From the NCBI GenBank assembly GCA_951406725.2, contig OX597823.1, positions 39,680,001 to 39,744,000 of the forward strand: a stretch of DNA of 64,000 nt, read 5' to 3'. Shown here one piece after another: positions 39,318 to 53,144 of this stretch. Under the pieces are notes generated by a model, which was not told the origin of the DNA, made no database searches, and saw only the letters and a list, made by a program, of their open reading frames with translations. Position 1 is the first letter of the stretch. Every line of letters starts with the position of its first letter. The position numbers and the translations under genes are program-made. This stretch comes from Octopus vulgaris (lineage: Eukaryota).

Positions 39318-39868
39318 ATGGCAGATCTATCGAACTTTCAAAGAGGTCAAATTGTTGGTGCTCGTATGGCAGGCGCTAGCGTAACGAAAACAGCCGAAAT
39401 GTTTGGTGTATCAAGAAGTACTGTCTCGAAAGTAATGACAACCTTTGAGAAACAGGGAAAAATCTCCTCATCGAAACAAAATCCCAGAAGAAAACCAAAA
39501 CTTACAGATAGGGACCATCGGTCTCTGACGCGAATTATTAGAAAGGATCACAAAAGTATAGCTCTCAAAATTACTGCAGAGTTTAATGACCACTTCGAGA
39601 ACCCAGTTTCTACAAAAACTGTTCACCGGGAGCTGCACAAACCCGGATTTCGCGGGAAGGCTGCATTCAGAAAACCACAACTCTCAAAAACAAACGTTGC
39701 AAAGCGTTTAGAATGGAGTACAAACCTACAAACCTAGAGCAGTTGAAGAATGTTATTTTCTCTGACGAGTCATCCTTTACCTTATTTCCGACCACCGCCC
39801 GAGTATACGTGCGGAGACAGCCAAAATAAGCACTTGATCCAGATTGCTCTCTTCCAACTATTAAACAT
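39318..39868 (+). pseudogene. Tc1-family transposase 5' half
   Basis: MADLSNFQRGQIVGARMAGASVTKTAEMFGVSRSTVSKV paired-like HTH, RKPKLTDRD, then (frameshifted) NVIFSDESSF; truncated at a TA tract. Confidence 0.9.
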
Positions 39869-40045
39869 ATATATTGCTCTTTTTACATCATTAAGAGTTT
39901 TTAACTCTTATTTCTTATAATATAGGTGCTTCGGCACCCTCACCCACCATTGGTGACAATAAAATTTAATATATATATATATGTATGTATATATGCATGT
40001 ATGTATGTATGTATGTATGTATGTATGTATGTATGTATGTATGTA

Positions 40046-40088
<43 letters not shown>

Positions 40089-40093
<5 letters not shown>

Positions 40094-40389
40094 CAAAATA
40101 AGGGCAAAAGAAAGGCAAAATAAGGGCAGAATAAGGTCTGCTCAGGACTTAGTGCTTGCTTTTTCCTTGGGTATGAGTAAGTATTTCACTTATATCTCAC
40201 GTATTTATCGCTGAAGAGGGGAAAATTCTTATGAATTAACCCCGAAATTGGGACCAATACGGTAATAACGGATTTTTTAGAAATTTCTATCGGTTTGTTT
40301 CGAGACGCATAAATTATAATGGTTATTGACAATTCTTTTTTTCGGCATATTCGGCATTAGAATTTTTCTTTTGCCCTTATTTTGTAAAT
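40089..40389 (+). mobile_element. Hammerhead-carrying cassette bounded by 25-bp perfect inverted repeats, between (TA)n tracts
   Basis: ATTTACAAAATAAGGGCAAAAGAAA (40089-40113) / TTTCTTTTGCCCTTATTTTGTAAAT (40365-40389). Confidence 0.7.
40201..40270 (+). ncRNA. Type I hammerhead ribozyme (predicted)
   Basis: Stem I TTATCG/CGGTAA; core CTGAAGA (40211-17); stem II GGGG-AA-AATTC-TTAT-GAATT-AA-CCCC; GAAA (40244-47); stem III TTGG-GA-CCAA; AUA cleavage triplet ending at 40259. Confidence 0.8.
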
Positions 40390-40478
40390 TAATTATAAAT
40401 TTAACCTTTAAAGGTATTTTTTAATATGCTGGCCATTGATAAAAAAATTTTTCCCGAAAAAAATGTTATCCTACATTA

Positions 40479-40479
<1 letters not shown>

Positions 40480-40562
<83 letters not shown>

Positions 40563-40570
40563 ATATATAT
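40480..40570. repeat. (TA)n microsatellite
   Basis: Direct reading. Confidence 0.95.
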
Positions 40571-41581
40571 AAAGAGAGCAGCAGTAAATTAGATTAGTGA
40601 ATAAGTAATATAAAACAATGGATGAAAAATGCAATCCATCGCAATTCCATGGCTGCCATTGTTTCGAGAGAGCATGTGTTTTATTGCTCTAGATTAGTTG
40701 TTAACAATCTGTTATGGAGGAACTTATGATAAAAGCGTTTCAGATCACACCTTCTACCCTTCCTCCTATTCTATGAAAAGTCTTGTGCATGGTTTACTGG
40801 GCATCTGTCGCCTATCTATGATAACTTGTGTTAACATACACACAGCATCCATAAAGATAAAATAGCCGTTTAACCTCGAGGGTTTGCCAATAATGTTGTT
40901 GTAGTTTAGCTCCAGGTCAAACCTGATAGAACCAAATCTAAAAAAAAAACAAAAGCGTTTTTAGGTAGGACCATTCTTATAAGAGACTCGACTCTGCATT
41001 AGCCAATGTATAGTTCCACTTTTCGAAACAGTGGGGACTGTGATTTCACACACACATATACACACACGCACACACACAGATGTGCGTACACCCCTCCACA
41101 CATACACACATACACACACACACACGCACACACAGACGCGCACACTCCCACACGCACAAACACCCACAATTACTACCACAATGGTTGCTGCTCCTCGAAA
41201 CGTGAAGACTACACACCATCTTCTCCCACCCCAGAACCCACTTCTACTTTAGTATTCCTTAGAGTGTCTCAGTCACCAAACCAGGTTCCAAGTTGTTTTC
41301 CCAGTATCATTTTCCAGAACTACGATTCTATGGAACTTACTCACCATATAAGTTTTGTATAACGATAGTAAAGCCAAAGGTCAACTGAAATTGTATTTGT
41401 TATATTGTGAGGGCCCTACAAGGTTGTGGACATTGTTCTTTCTTCTTCGTCTTGGATTAGATATAAAAAGAAACAATAAACTCACCTAAACGATGGCCTC
41501 ACAGCCTTCCTTTTGGTTTTGCCGAACGCCCACCTAAAACGCTTTCGATGCTTACTACCATACACAAGTTTTATCATTCTA

Positions 41582-41797
41582 CGAGGAGGTGCTGAAAAAT
41601 TCTTGGCTTTAAGAGTATCGGGAAAGGTCTGGTTAGAGGCTCAACCTTCCGGATTCTTTTACAAGGCTTAGAAAAACTGAAGGACCGCTGCAACAAGTAC
41701 GTGAAACTGAGAGGGGAATATGTTCAATAAAATCATGATTAATTGATCCTCCTGTATTTTCTTTTGCCAAAGCCATGAACTTTTCAACACCCCGTCG
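41582..41797 (+). mobile_element. Mariner-derived MITE
   Basis: TA|CGAGGAGGTGCTGAAAAATTCTTGGCTTT ... AAAGCCATGAACTTTTCAACACCCCGTCG|TA; interior retains the transposase C-terminus (GLEKLKDRCNKYVKLRGEYVQ*). Confidence 0.85.
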
Positions 41798-42546
41798 TAT
41801 AAGAGGGGAGAAAATTCATTACTTGTTTTATCGACCCCAAAAGATAACAGGCAAAGTTGACCTCCTCTCCCTTTGAACTTGGAACGTAAAGGGGAGAAAG
41901 AAATGTTTCTAAGCATTTTGTCCGACATGCTAATGACTCTGCCACCACGCTGCCTTTTATTCTTATATAATAAAGGTATCAGATATAATAAAAGCAGGGA
42001 TCTTGATTGAAACACATTCCTCAATAGTTGTAGACGTAAATAGTGGATTCTCAAATTATTATCTCTAAATAATTGTGAAAGTAATTCCATTGATGGGATC
42101 TGAAAGAAATGTTTTCGGCCAAGGTTTTGTTTCTACAATCCAGTTTTAATCACAAGGCTGTTGATTGTTCTTTTTGTATATTAAATTAAGACTGCTTCCT
42201 TGTGGCTGCTAATTATTCAGGCTCCTCATGTCATCATAAATATCTTTTAAGTAAACCACAGCTTCGCGAATAAAACCAATATCTTTTGCTAGTTGACCAT
42301 AATGATTTACAATTTAAAATTCAATTAACGAATGTTGCCAAAAGCCTTATAAGTAAAATTAAATTGTACGAACAAAACCTTGGCAGACCAGAATTCTATC
42401 AGTTCCAATAAATGGAAAGAATTTCACAGTTGTTCACCAATAATAATCTCAAGGTTTATTATTCATGTCTAAAACTAGAAGAAAAACTTCAAAGTTCTTT
42501 TGTTTTGATATAATTTATTAAATCTTTTTTTATGTAATTTTTTAAA

Positions 42547-42919
42547 TCTCTCTCTATATAAACGGCAGTTTGTCTGTGCGTGTTTCTGTGTGTCTGTTTG
42601 CTTGTACCCTCACCCTGACCACGGCTTTCAACCGATTCTGATGAAACTTGACACACACATAGCCCAATGTCATAATTCAAAACTAACGCAGCGAAAATTT
42701 TGAAAAGTTCCCCCAGTTCTGAAAAAAATCGATAAATTCGACATGGGGTCGAGAATTAGAAACACAAACCGCAAACTGTCTAAGGGACGCAACTCCAACT
42801 TTTTTTACTCTCAAAAAAATTTACCATCATTTTTTTTCCATTTTTTGGCTATAACTCTCTAAAAATGCTTTATAGTTATTTCCCTTACAAACCTGAGCAA
42901 CGCCGGGCGATACTGCTAG
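42547..42919 (+). mobile_element. Non-autonomous Helitron (second copy)
   Basis: A|TC...CTAG|T; near-identical to 26172-26546. Confidence 0.85.
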
Positions 42920-43724
42920 TCTGAGTTACAACTAAATATTACAAAAGGTGTTGCTGTTCATGAATCATTGAAAACAATGAGGGTTGGAAAGTATGTGCTT
43001 ATTCCCAGCGAATTTGTAAAAGGTCGGCAAAATTGTTTGGTAAATGCTACTATTCTAAGCATACACCTGTGGATTTGAGAACAACAGTTAGATGAAGGCT
43101 TGTAGCCTTCCTGGTTAGACTAATCCCGGATCGGGGGAATTTCTTCGTTAGCTCTAGTTGAAGGCTGCTTCGTATCAAAAGAACGGAACCATTCATGTGT
43201 CCGCATTTTGTATACTATGTATACTTTTATCTCATTTGTCTTCCTTTCTTCCTCTCATCTTTTATTATTCAACCTACCCGCTCGCTCACACAAATGGTTC
43301 TGATGAAGTGCCATCAAAACAATGTAATCGAAGAAAATTTACCATTGTTATTATTGCAGCTATTATTGTATTTCATTACTGATACTATCACTCGGTAATT
43401 GTTTTCACGTTTGAACCGAATAGATTGAACTTAGATCAACAATTGCTTAGAATAAAATCGCTTTATTTACCTCATTGTCATCTTCAGCATCCGGGCACAC
43501 GAGATTGAATGGGACCTGATTTAGTACAAATTGAGTCTACCAGTTTAGAAACTAAAGTGGACCAAATTGAACCTGGACCTTAAGTGAAAATAATGAATGT
43601 CATCCAATAATTAATCTTACTAAGTCCTTGTGATATATTTTTGCTCACCTGTAAAATTGAATTGTTCATTCCATTAGAAATAAGTTGATTTCGGGTAGTT
43701 TTTTTATTTTTTATCTTTATCTTT

Positions 43725-44120
43725 TTTTCTTGTTTCAGTCATTAGGTTGCGGCCATGCTGGAGCACCACCTTGAAGAATTTTTAGTCGAATGTATCGGCC
43801 CCAGCACATATTTTTATTTCTTTAAGCCCGGTACTTATTCTATCACCCTCTTTACCGAAACGCTAGTTTACGGGGACGTAAACACACCAACATCAGCAGT
43901 CAAAGGGTGGTGGAGAACAAACGCAGACACAAAGATATAAATATATATATATAGATATCTGATATATACGATGGGCCTCTTTCAGTTTCCGTCTACCAAA
44001 TCTACTCACAAGGTTTTTGTCGGCCCGAGGTTATAGTAGAAGACACTTACCCAAGGTACCACGCAGTGGGACTGAATCCGAAACTATATAGTTGAGAAGC
44101 GATCATACAGCCACGCCTGC
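43725..44120 (-). mobile_element. SINE family B
   Basis: Reverse complement of the 11004 element. Confidence 0.8.
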
Positions 44121-44410
44121 ATAAGTATTGGGGGGGTGATGATGGTTGTAGTGATGGCTATGATAGTAATGATGGTGATGAAGATGATAGTAGAGGTGGT
44201 TATGGTGGTCATGGTGGCGGCAATGGTGTTGGTGAATAATGATGTTTGGGATATTTGAGTTTCCATTTAGATTTTAGACGAGAAAATTCTAAAACAATAT
44301 TTAACCAATTCCAGTATATTTTTTTCATTTTGATTTTGTTTTCCTCTCATTTTCTTTTTACTTTCACTTAGTTTATATATTTTCTATTAATTTTCATCGA
44401 CTTCTTTCTT

Positions 44411-44538
44411 TCTTCTTCTTCTTCTTCTTCTTCTTCTTCTTCTTCTTCTTCTTCTTCTTCTTCTTCTTCTTCTTCTTCTTCTTCTTCTTCTTCTTCTTCT
44501 TCTTCTTCTTCTTCTTCTTCTTCTTCTTCTTCTTCTTC
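44411..44538. repeat. (TTC)n microsatellite
   Basis: Direct reading. Confidence 0.95.
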
Positions 44539-44662
44539 CTTGTAGCATGTGTGCGCGCGTGTTAATTACATACATATATAGATACATACACCACAAACAC
44601 ACACACATGCATACATTTATATATATGTATACACTATACACACGCACACACATACACACACA

Positions 44663-44740
<78 letters not shown>

Positions 44741-45268
44741 CGTACACACGTATTTACACAGGTGCATTTGTACATAGTTATGTACATACAGGCATACACA
44801 CATATGTATATACATATATATATACATACATACATATGTATATGCACATACGAACATACATACATACGTGCACACGTATATTCATGTCTACACGCACACA
44901 CACACACACACACACACACGCGCGCGCACACGGACATGTATGTAAATATATTTCTGTATCGTATTATCTTTCGCCATGACGTTTTACTATTAACGCATGT
45001 ATTAATGTATTGTTTGTTTAATGTATGTATGATGTGGTTTTATACAGTTTTACTCTTATATATAAAATGTTTATATTGTTTTCGAGGCTATCCGTCCAGT
45101 ATTTCTTTTAAAATAAAATATACATAATCACTTCCACATGTGCTTGTATTGTCCAGGATAGCAGCTCTTTAGAGACGCATGCGCATATAATTGCTGTCTA
45201 TCCGGGGTGTGGTTGCCTGGGACGCGAGTTTTTTGTTTTCTATAAGCAGTAATTTAAAAGGTGTATGT

Positions 45269-45367
<99 letters not shown>

Positions 45368-45449
45368 GCACTCACACATACACTCACATATGTGTGTATG
45401 TGGTTGTGTGTGTGTGTGTATCTAAGTATATAGATATCTATAGGAATAC

Positions 45450-45676
45450 CTATTTCTTTACTACGCATAAGGGGCTAAACACAGAGAGGACAAACAAGGA
45501 CAGACAAACGGATTAAGTCGATTATATCGACCCCAGTGCGTAATTGGTACTTATTTAATCGACCCCGAAAGGATGAAAGGCAAAGTCGACCTCAGCGGAA
45601 TTTGAACTCAGAACGTAGCGGCAGACGAAATACCGCTAAGAATTTCGCCCGACGTGCTAACGTTTCTGCCAGCTCA
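45450..45676 (-). mobile_element. SINE family A (tail 1)
   Basis: Near-consensus copy. Confidence 0.9.
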
Positions 45677-46596
45677 AATACCAACAGTATTTCCTTCAAG
45701 CAGTAACGTTACTTGATCTTTGGAAGCATTAAATCGCGGTGTTGACTTTTCTTCCCGAAAAATAAAAGTTCCAGTAGGTATCTACTCTCAGAAGTGTGCA
45801 GTTTCATCAACAATTTTTACCTACATTTCAGCAATCATTTTCTTCGGTTGCTGAGGATAATTAGTTTCAATGTCTGACTCGACTCAGGCGCCTTTGAAAC
45901 TTTTCAAACCAGCCATTTCTAACCAGAAAAGTTTTTACAATCCTTTTTTCAGCTAATAGTCAGACAGACTTTTGGCTTTCTTTAGTCGCCATCATAATCA
46001 AAGACACGTTACGTCAAGCCTGATTCACGATCATTACACTCAAGAACCGTTCTATATTAAGCATCAGATTAGATCTATGAAAAATAAACTCCAAGCAGTT
46101 CATGAAGTATCTTCTTGAGCACAAATGAATTTTCTCTCTATTGTCATGTATTGTTCTCTCTGCAAACGAAAGCAATATGGCTGATATGTTTTCTCTGCAT
46201 CAAGTTTATTAGACATAAATTTAATATCCGCTGTGTTTCATTTACGATTTCTTTTTGCACTTCTGCCTCCAGTTTCGAATTTAAAGTAAATCCAATAGTG
46301 GTGTCGATCAACAAGTATCCACAACAGATATGTTTTGTGAGAGCAAAACCTTATTATTCTTGTGGGTGTAAGAATGGAAATGTAAAGGTGAAAGGGTGAG
46401 AGAGGTGGAAGGAAGTACTGTATGGTTACAGTAAGTTTAAGAGACCAGGCTCATGGACACTTCGACACTGGCACTTCTGACTTAAGCCATAAAAAAACTG
46501 CATTCTACTCCCGAACACATTTCGTTATGTTGACACACAACCCATGTAGCTACAAACATTACTATTATACTAATTACTATTACATTATTTATATTA

Positions 46597-46651
<55 letters not shown>

Positions 46652-47451
46652 TTTGATATTAGTTGGTTAATCAATAGTTGATGGGTTGGTAGTGTTGGCG
46701 GTTTTGAACGTTTTAGTTTTGGTGATGGGGATTAAACTGATGAGAGAGGGATAGTATTTTTCTAATAAATGTTATTGTTGTTCTATCTACTGAGAATTAC
46801 TACTTAAGGGGAGAGCGAGCCAGTTGAAAGAAGAGAATCGCTTCGAAGTTTATTTTATTTTTGTTGGGAAATTATCATCAAAGAGTGAAAAGAGCACACA
46901 TTTATTTCTTTTATTTTTTCATGTGATAATGTCTTTAAAATTTCAATATACCCGATTTGAAATTTTTCCCGTAATTTCAAAATATGTGACAGCAACAGGG
47001 AAGATCCTACAAACGTAGAGAGATAGAGTGTTATAGGACGTCTCACGCACGCACACACACACACACATACACGCACATGTGTACACACACCATACACACA
47101 CACATGTACACACCCTACACACACATGTACACACACCACACACACACTCACAAACACACAAACACAAATTTACAAACGTACACACATGTAATCACAAGTT
47201 TAAAATAGTGTATAGTAGACATAAGCATGTATGTATGTATGTATGTATGTATGTATGTATGTATGTATGTATGTATGTATGTATATATATGAGTTCAAAT
47301 TCCGGCAAGGTTGAGTTTGCTTTTCATCCTTTCGGGGTCGGTGAAATAAGTACCAATTGAACACCGGGGTCAATGTTATCGACTTACTTATTCACGCAAA
47401 ATTGCTGGCCTTGCGCTAAAATTTGAAGTCATCATTTGTTTTTCCTTACTT

Positions 47452-47750
47452 CATCATCATCATTCATCATTGTTCGACCGTGGTCGAGACAATGGAATTT
47501 ACCATGCTACGCCAGACTTCACGGTCCATCATGGCATTACGGAGGTCCTGTTGCTGGATGCCTGTATCCCTGGAGATTACATCAGGGTAGGAGAGTGTGC
47601 GCCCTCTGGTATTGCGAGTAGATGGCTTCCAGAGGAGAAGAGTAGAAATTACTTCTTTTTCAGCTCTACAACAATGTCCAGCAAACTGGACTCTCCTACC
47701 TTTCACAAGAGGTGACACAGGTGGTAGTTTCCCATATATTTGCATTTGCA
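47452..47750 (-). mobile_element. 5'-truncated RTE-clade LINE 3' end with 10-bp TSD
   Basis: ORF IYGKLPPVS..VKGRRVQFAGHCCR...LLLW...RGR...DREVWR*; (TGA)n-like tail; TSD TTCCTTACTT at 47442-51 and 47751-60. Confidence 0.85.
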
Positions 47751-48139
47751 TTCCTTACTTGGATGTATTTCGATCCTGTAATGACGACGTTTTCAACGAA
47801 GATACATCTGTATTGGTACATATTTGCTATTAATTGTTGTCTTCGAGTGGCCCGAAGCCTTTATTCTGTTTATTGTTTCGTCCCACGTCTCGAGTTCGTC
47901 TCGTTTTGTTATATTTAGGTCCCATTCCTGGCAAGTTTCTTGTCGGTGCCTCCAGAGTAGAAGCAATATTATCGATAACGGCTGAAATTGCCTTTGACCA
48001 CTCTGGCTGATAACTGATGTTTTTTGTCCGCCTGTATTTAGTATATGCTTATTTACTACACGTTTTTTAAAAAATTACATATATATATAGGCAGGTCATA
48101 TTTTCCGTTTGTTGTCTTTATATTTAATCCTAAATGTAT

Positions 48140-48350
48140 ATGTATATAAAGGGAGAGTTTACGAAAAAAAAAAACAATAGACGAAGACAGATGGTGCATA
48201 AAACAAACAGATGTATTAGTATAACGCTCAGGAATAGAAAAAGTCTTTTACGTTTCGAGCCTACGCTCTTCTACAGAAAGGGACACAGAAAAAACAAGGA
48301 GAGAGACAAGGAGAGAAAAAAAATGTGTGTAGTGGCTAACGATCTATCAT
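48140..48350 (-). mobile_element. Penelope-like-associated fragment with minimal hammerhead-like motif
   Basis: Minus strand TTTCTGTAGA-A-GAGC-GTAG-GCTC-GAAACGTA-AAAG at 48243-48280. Confidence 0.55.
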
Positions 48351-48579
48351 GGCGACCGTTTCATCATGGGTGGCCACACAGTAACGTTTCATGAGTGATC
48401 CTTCGCCGTTTAGAAATCCAGTTTCGTTTATGCCATTTTTACCTTTGGACGACTGTTATCGATATCTTAACTATCAAAAATGAAGCGAATGCTTGGAATT
48501 TACTTCTGATGTCTTGAATATGTTCTGATGTCTTGTAAAAATATAGTTTCTAGTATTGGATACACAATGATTAATCTTT

Positions 48580-48975
48580 ATCTTTTACTTGTTTCAGTCA
48601 TTAGACGGCGACCATACTGGAACCCCACCTTAGCTGAACAAATCGACTCCAACATTTATTTTTAAATCTGCTACTTATTCTATCTGTCTCTTTTGCTAAA
48701 GCACTAAGTTGCAGGATCGTAAACAGCCTAATTCCGGTTGCCAAGCAGTGAGTGGACAAATATAAGCATACAGACACTCACATACACATACACACGCGTC
48801 CGTGCACGCACACACACACATGTATATATTTATACACATCGGTCTTTAACACAGTTTCTGCCTACCAAGTCACTCACGAGTCTTTTGTGGACCGGGGCTA
48901 TAGTAGAAGACACTTGCCCAAGGTGCCATGCAGAGGGACTGAACCCGGAATCATGGGGTTACAAAGCGAGCTTTT
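48580..48975 (-). mobile_element. SINE family B, diverged
   Basis: Homology to 11004. Confidence 0.75.
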
Positions 48976-49054
48976 ACAAAACTCTTTATATAAATGCAGG
49001 CTGGTTATTACGTCAGTTATAAAGAAACTCGGTTGTAAAAATGTGAAATAGAGA

Positions 49055-49096
<42 letters not shown>

Positions 49097-49684
49097 TTGA
49101 GAGAGAGGGGGGAAGGGAGGGGAGAGCAGGAGAGTAAATGGTACTAAACTATCACGTGTCGTTTAAATGTTTAGTAGTGAATGATAGTCGCCATCCCGGT
49201 ATGTGTGTTTGTTATGAAAAACAGTAGCAATGAGCAGGGCGTGGAATTATCAACTCTCTTTCTCTATGTTAACTTGTTAAAATGATGGAGCCTCAATGGG
49301 TCGTGCTCACGCAAATACGGCGGGAAGCAGAAGTGACTCGAACTATTAAGTGCGCTCTTGTGTTGTGTGTGTATGATGTGTGATGTGTGCGCGTGCACGT
49401 GCACGCGCACTTGCACGTGCATAAAACTGGAAGCGGCGTATGCATATTGAGATTATGTTTGTTAAGGCACGTGCATATATTATTAGACGAGTAACTGTAC
49501 AAATATCTAGTGTCTCCTTAACCAATTTAGAAATAGTGTCACTGAACATTAACAGTAACAATTCGTTTATTCAGGAATATTTTGTTTTCTTGTTTTGATA
49601 GTATTCAGAATTAAAAAAAAAAAGAAGTACAATCTGTTTGTTATTAATCATCAATTATATAATCTTTCTCGGCTCTGTACGTCC

Positions 49685-49787
49685 TCTGTTCAAATTCCAC
49701 CAAGGTCGACTTTGCCTTTCACAGGGGTCGATGTACTCGACTTAATACCTTCCCCAAATTTGAAGCCTTGTGCTTCCAGTAGAAAGG

Positions 49788-49858
<71 letters not shown>

Positions 49859-51080
49859 CATTATTATTATTATCATCATCATCATCATCATCCTCATCCT
49901 CATTATTATTGTTATTATTATTATTAAGGTGGTTGGCAGGATCGTCAGCACGTTGGACAAAATAAAATGATTAGTGGCATTTCTGCTGGCTTTACTTTCT
50001 GAGTTCAAATTCCGGCAAGGTTGAGTTTGCTTTTCATCCTTTCGGGGTCGGTAAAAATAAGTAACAATTAAACACCGGGGTCGATGCTATTGACTTACCT
50101 ACTCTTGTGAAATTGCTGCCCTTGTGCCAAAATTTGAAGTTATTATTATTCATTTTTCCTTACCCGGATGCATTTCGATCCTGCAATGACGACGTTTTCA
50201 ACGAAGATACATCTCTATTGATACATATTTTACGAAAACTATTTTATACAGCATTGCGGAAAAAAAGTTCTATTTGTAATTAAGAATATCTTGATGAGAC
50301 TTAACTTCAAAATATTCAATCAATTGAGTTTTGTCGGACGAATTGGCTAACATCCAATATGTGGCAGTCAACGGGAAATCTCTTTATCACCGTTGCCCGT
50401 AAGTGTCTTATAGTTTTACAGATCTTATCAGTGTTCTTTGCCTGCTTATTACCTCAGGCGGTTAATCCCACTTAATTATAATTTCACTTCCACTTATCAT
50501 GATAATCTGTCCATTTAGCTCGAATCGGATGCATTTGCCGAAAATTAGAGATAAAGTCATTCTTTGAATATTCCAAAGATATGCTTTATTGAACTCTGTA
50601 TGTTGGAATCTACTCCGGAGGCTTGATTGGTTGTGATCAAGATGAATTTGTTGTTTCTAATTAAGGCACAAGGCCAGCAATTTTGAAGGCAGAAGCAAAA
50701 TCAATACCATCGATCCCAACACTTAGACTGGTATGGTTTTATTTTTATCGAACTCCGAAAGAATGAAAGACAAAGTTGACTTCAGCGGAGTTTGAACCGA
50801 GACAGCATAATTAGAAGAGAAACCGGAAAGTATTTTTCTCAATGTTCTAACGATACGCTTTGACCAAGTTCACTTGATCACTTTCTTTTATTGGCACAAG
50901 GCTTGAAATTTTGTGGGGAGGTGATTAGTCGATTACATCACTAGTGCTCGACTGGTATTGAACATGAAAGAATGAAAGGCAAACTCAACCTCGGCGGCAA
51001 TTGATCTCAGAACGTAAAGCCGGAATAAACGTCATTAAGCATTTTCCCCGGTGTACCAACGATTTTGCCAGCTCACTGTC
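49685..51080. mobile_element. Cluster of SINE A copies (+49685-49790, +49928-50145, -50655-50860, -50890-51080)
   Basis: Family A cores. Confidence 0.7.
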
Positions 51081-51873
51081 TTGAACAAGTTTAATCAAAA
51101 TCAATTCGAAATAAACCAGATTTAATTAATCCATTGATGACACATTCCTAATTAAGCATATTTTATGCGTTAATTTTTCTGGTAATAGTCGACTGTGTTA
51201 AAGGGAGAACACTCAACACGGCCCCAATTCTTACAAGGTGAACTCTGCAATATCTTCGTACAATAACTGACATTATTATTGTTGTCGTATTAAGATAGTT
51301 AATCTGAGCATTAATAACATAACAGAAGAAAACATGTCTCTACCTTACAATAACAATCTTGAAAGATTGTTTTGTTTATTAACCTAACACAACTAATTCC
51401 CCCTCAAAAGATTTCTACTCTTTTACTAACAATTACATTTCTCCTAGATTGTTGTTCTTATTCCAATTAATACTTCTGCTAAAGAAAGTCGACAGCTGGT
51501 TGGCGCGGTGGAGTCTTGCATTAAATTCCTGATGGCATTTCAGTTAGACCTAAGCTCAAATCTTTACCCAAACTGGCTCCGAATTTTATCCTTGTGGAGT
51601 CAACAAAATGTCTCTCCGTTAACTACAACAGTCGCCTTACACTTCACTTCGAAAATAGAGTGACTTTATTCCAATATTAAATATCCTTATTTTTGGATGT
51701 TCAGCTGACAACCTAATGATATTTTCTCTCTCTGTGTTTGCTGTTGTTGCCAAACTACTCATTTCTATGGAGAAGAGGCTGAGATCCTATCTGAACCAGA
51801 CAGTAATAAGAATGTAATTACCTGTCTGAGATTAGTAAATAAAACAATTAAACAAGAATATTATTATTATTAT

Positions 51874-52773
<900 letters not shown>

Positions 52774-52955
52774 CATTATTATTATTATTATTAATATTAT
52801 TATTATTGTTATTGTTATTGTTGGAGTGACATTTTTTCTTCTATCAAGTTATTAACGTTCAGTTAATTGACTTCAATTTGCAATGCATGTAGTATTACAT
52901 ACATACATGCATACGTACGTACATACATACATACATACATACATACATACATACA

Positions 52956-52986
<31 letters not shown>

Positions 52987-53144
52987 GTATGTATTATGTA
53001 TGTGTGTATGTATGTGGATATACATTTCTTTATGTTTATATGTGTGTGTGTGTGTGAGAGCGTAAATATATACTTGTATATACATTCATATATCATATAT
53101 GTATGTACATGCAGTTGTTATGTCTATACACTCACCCACATATA

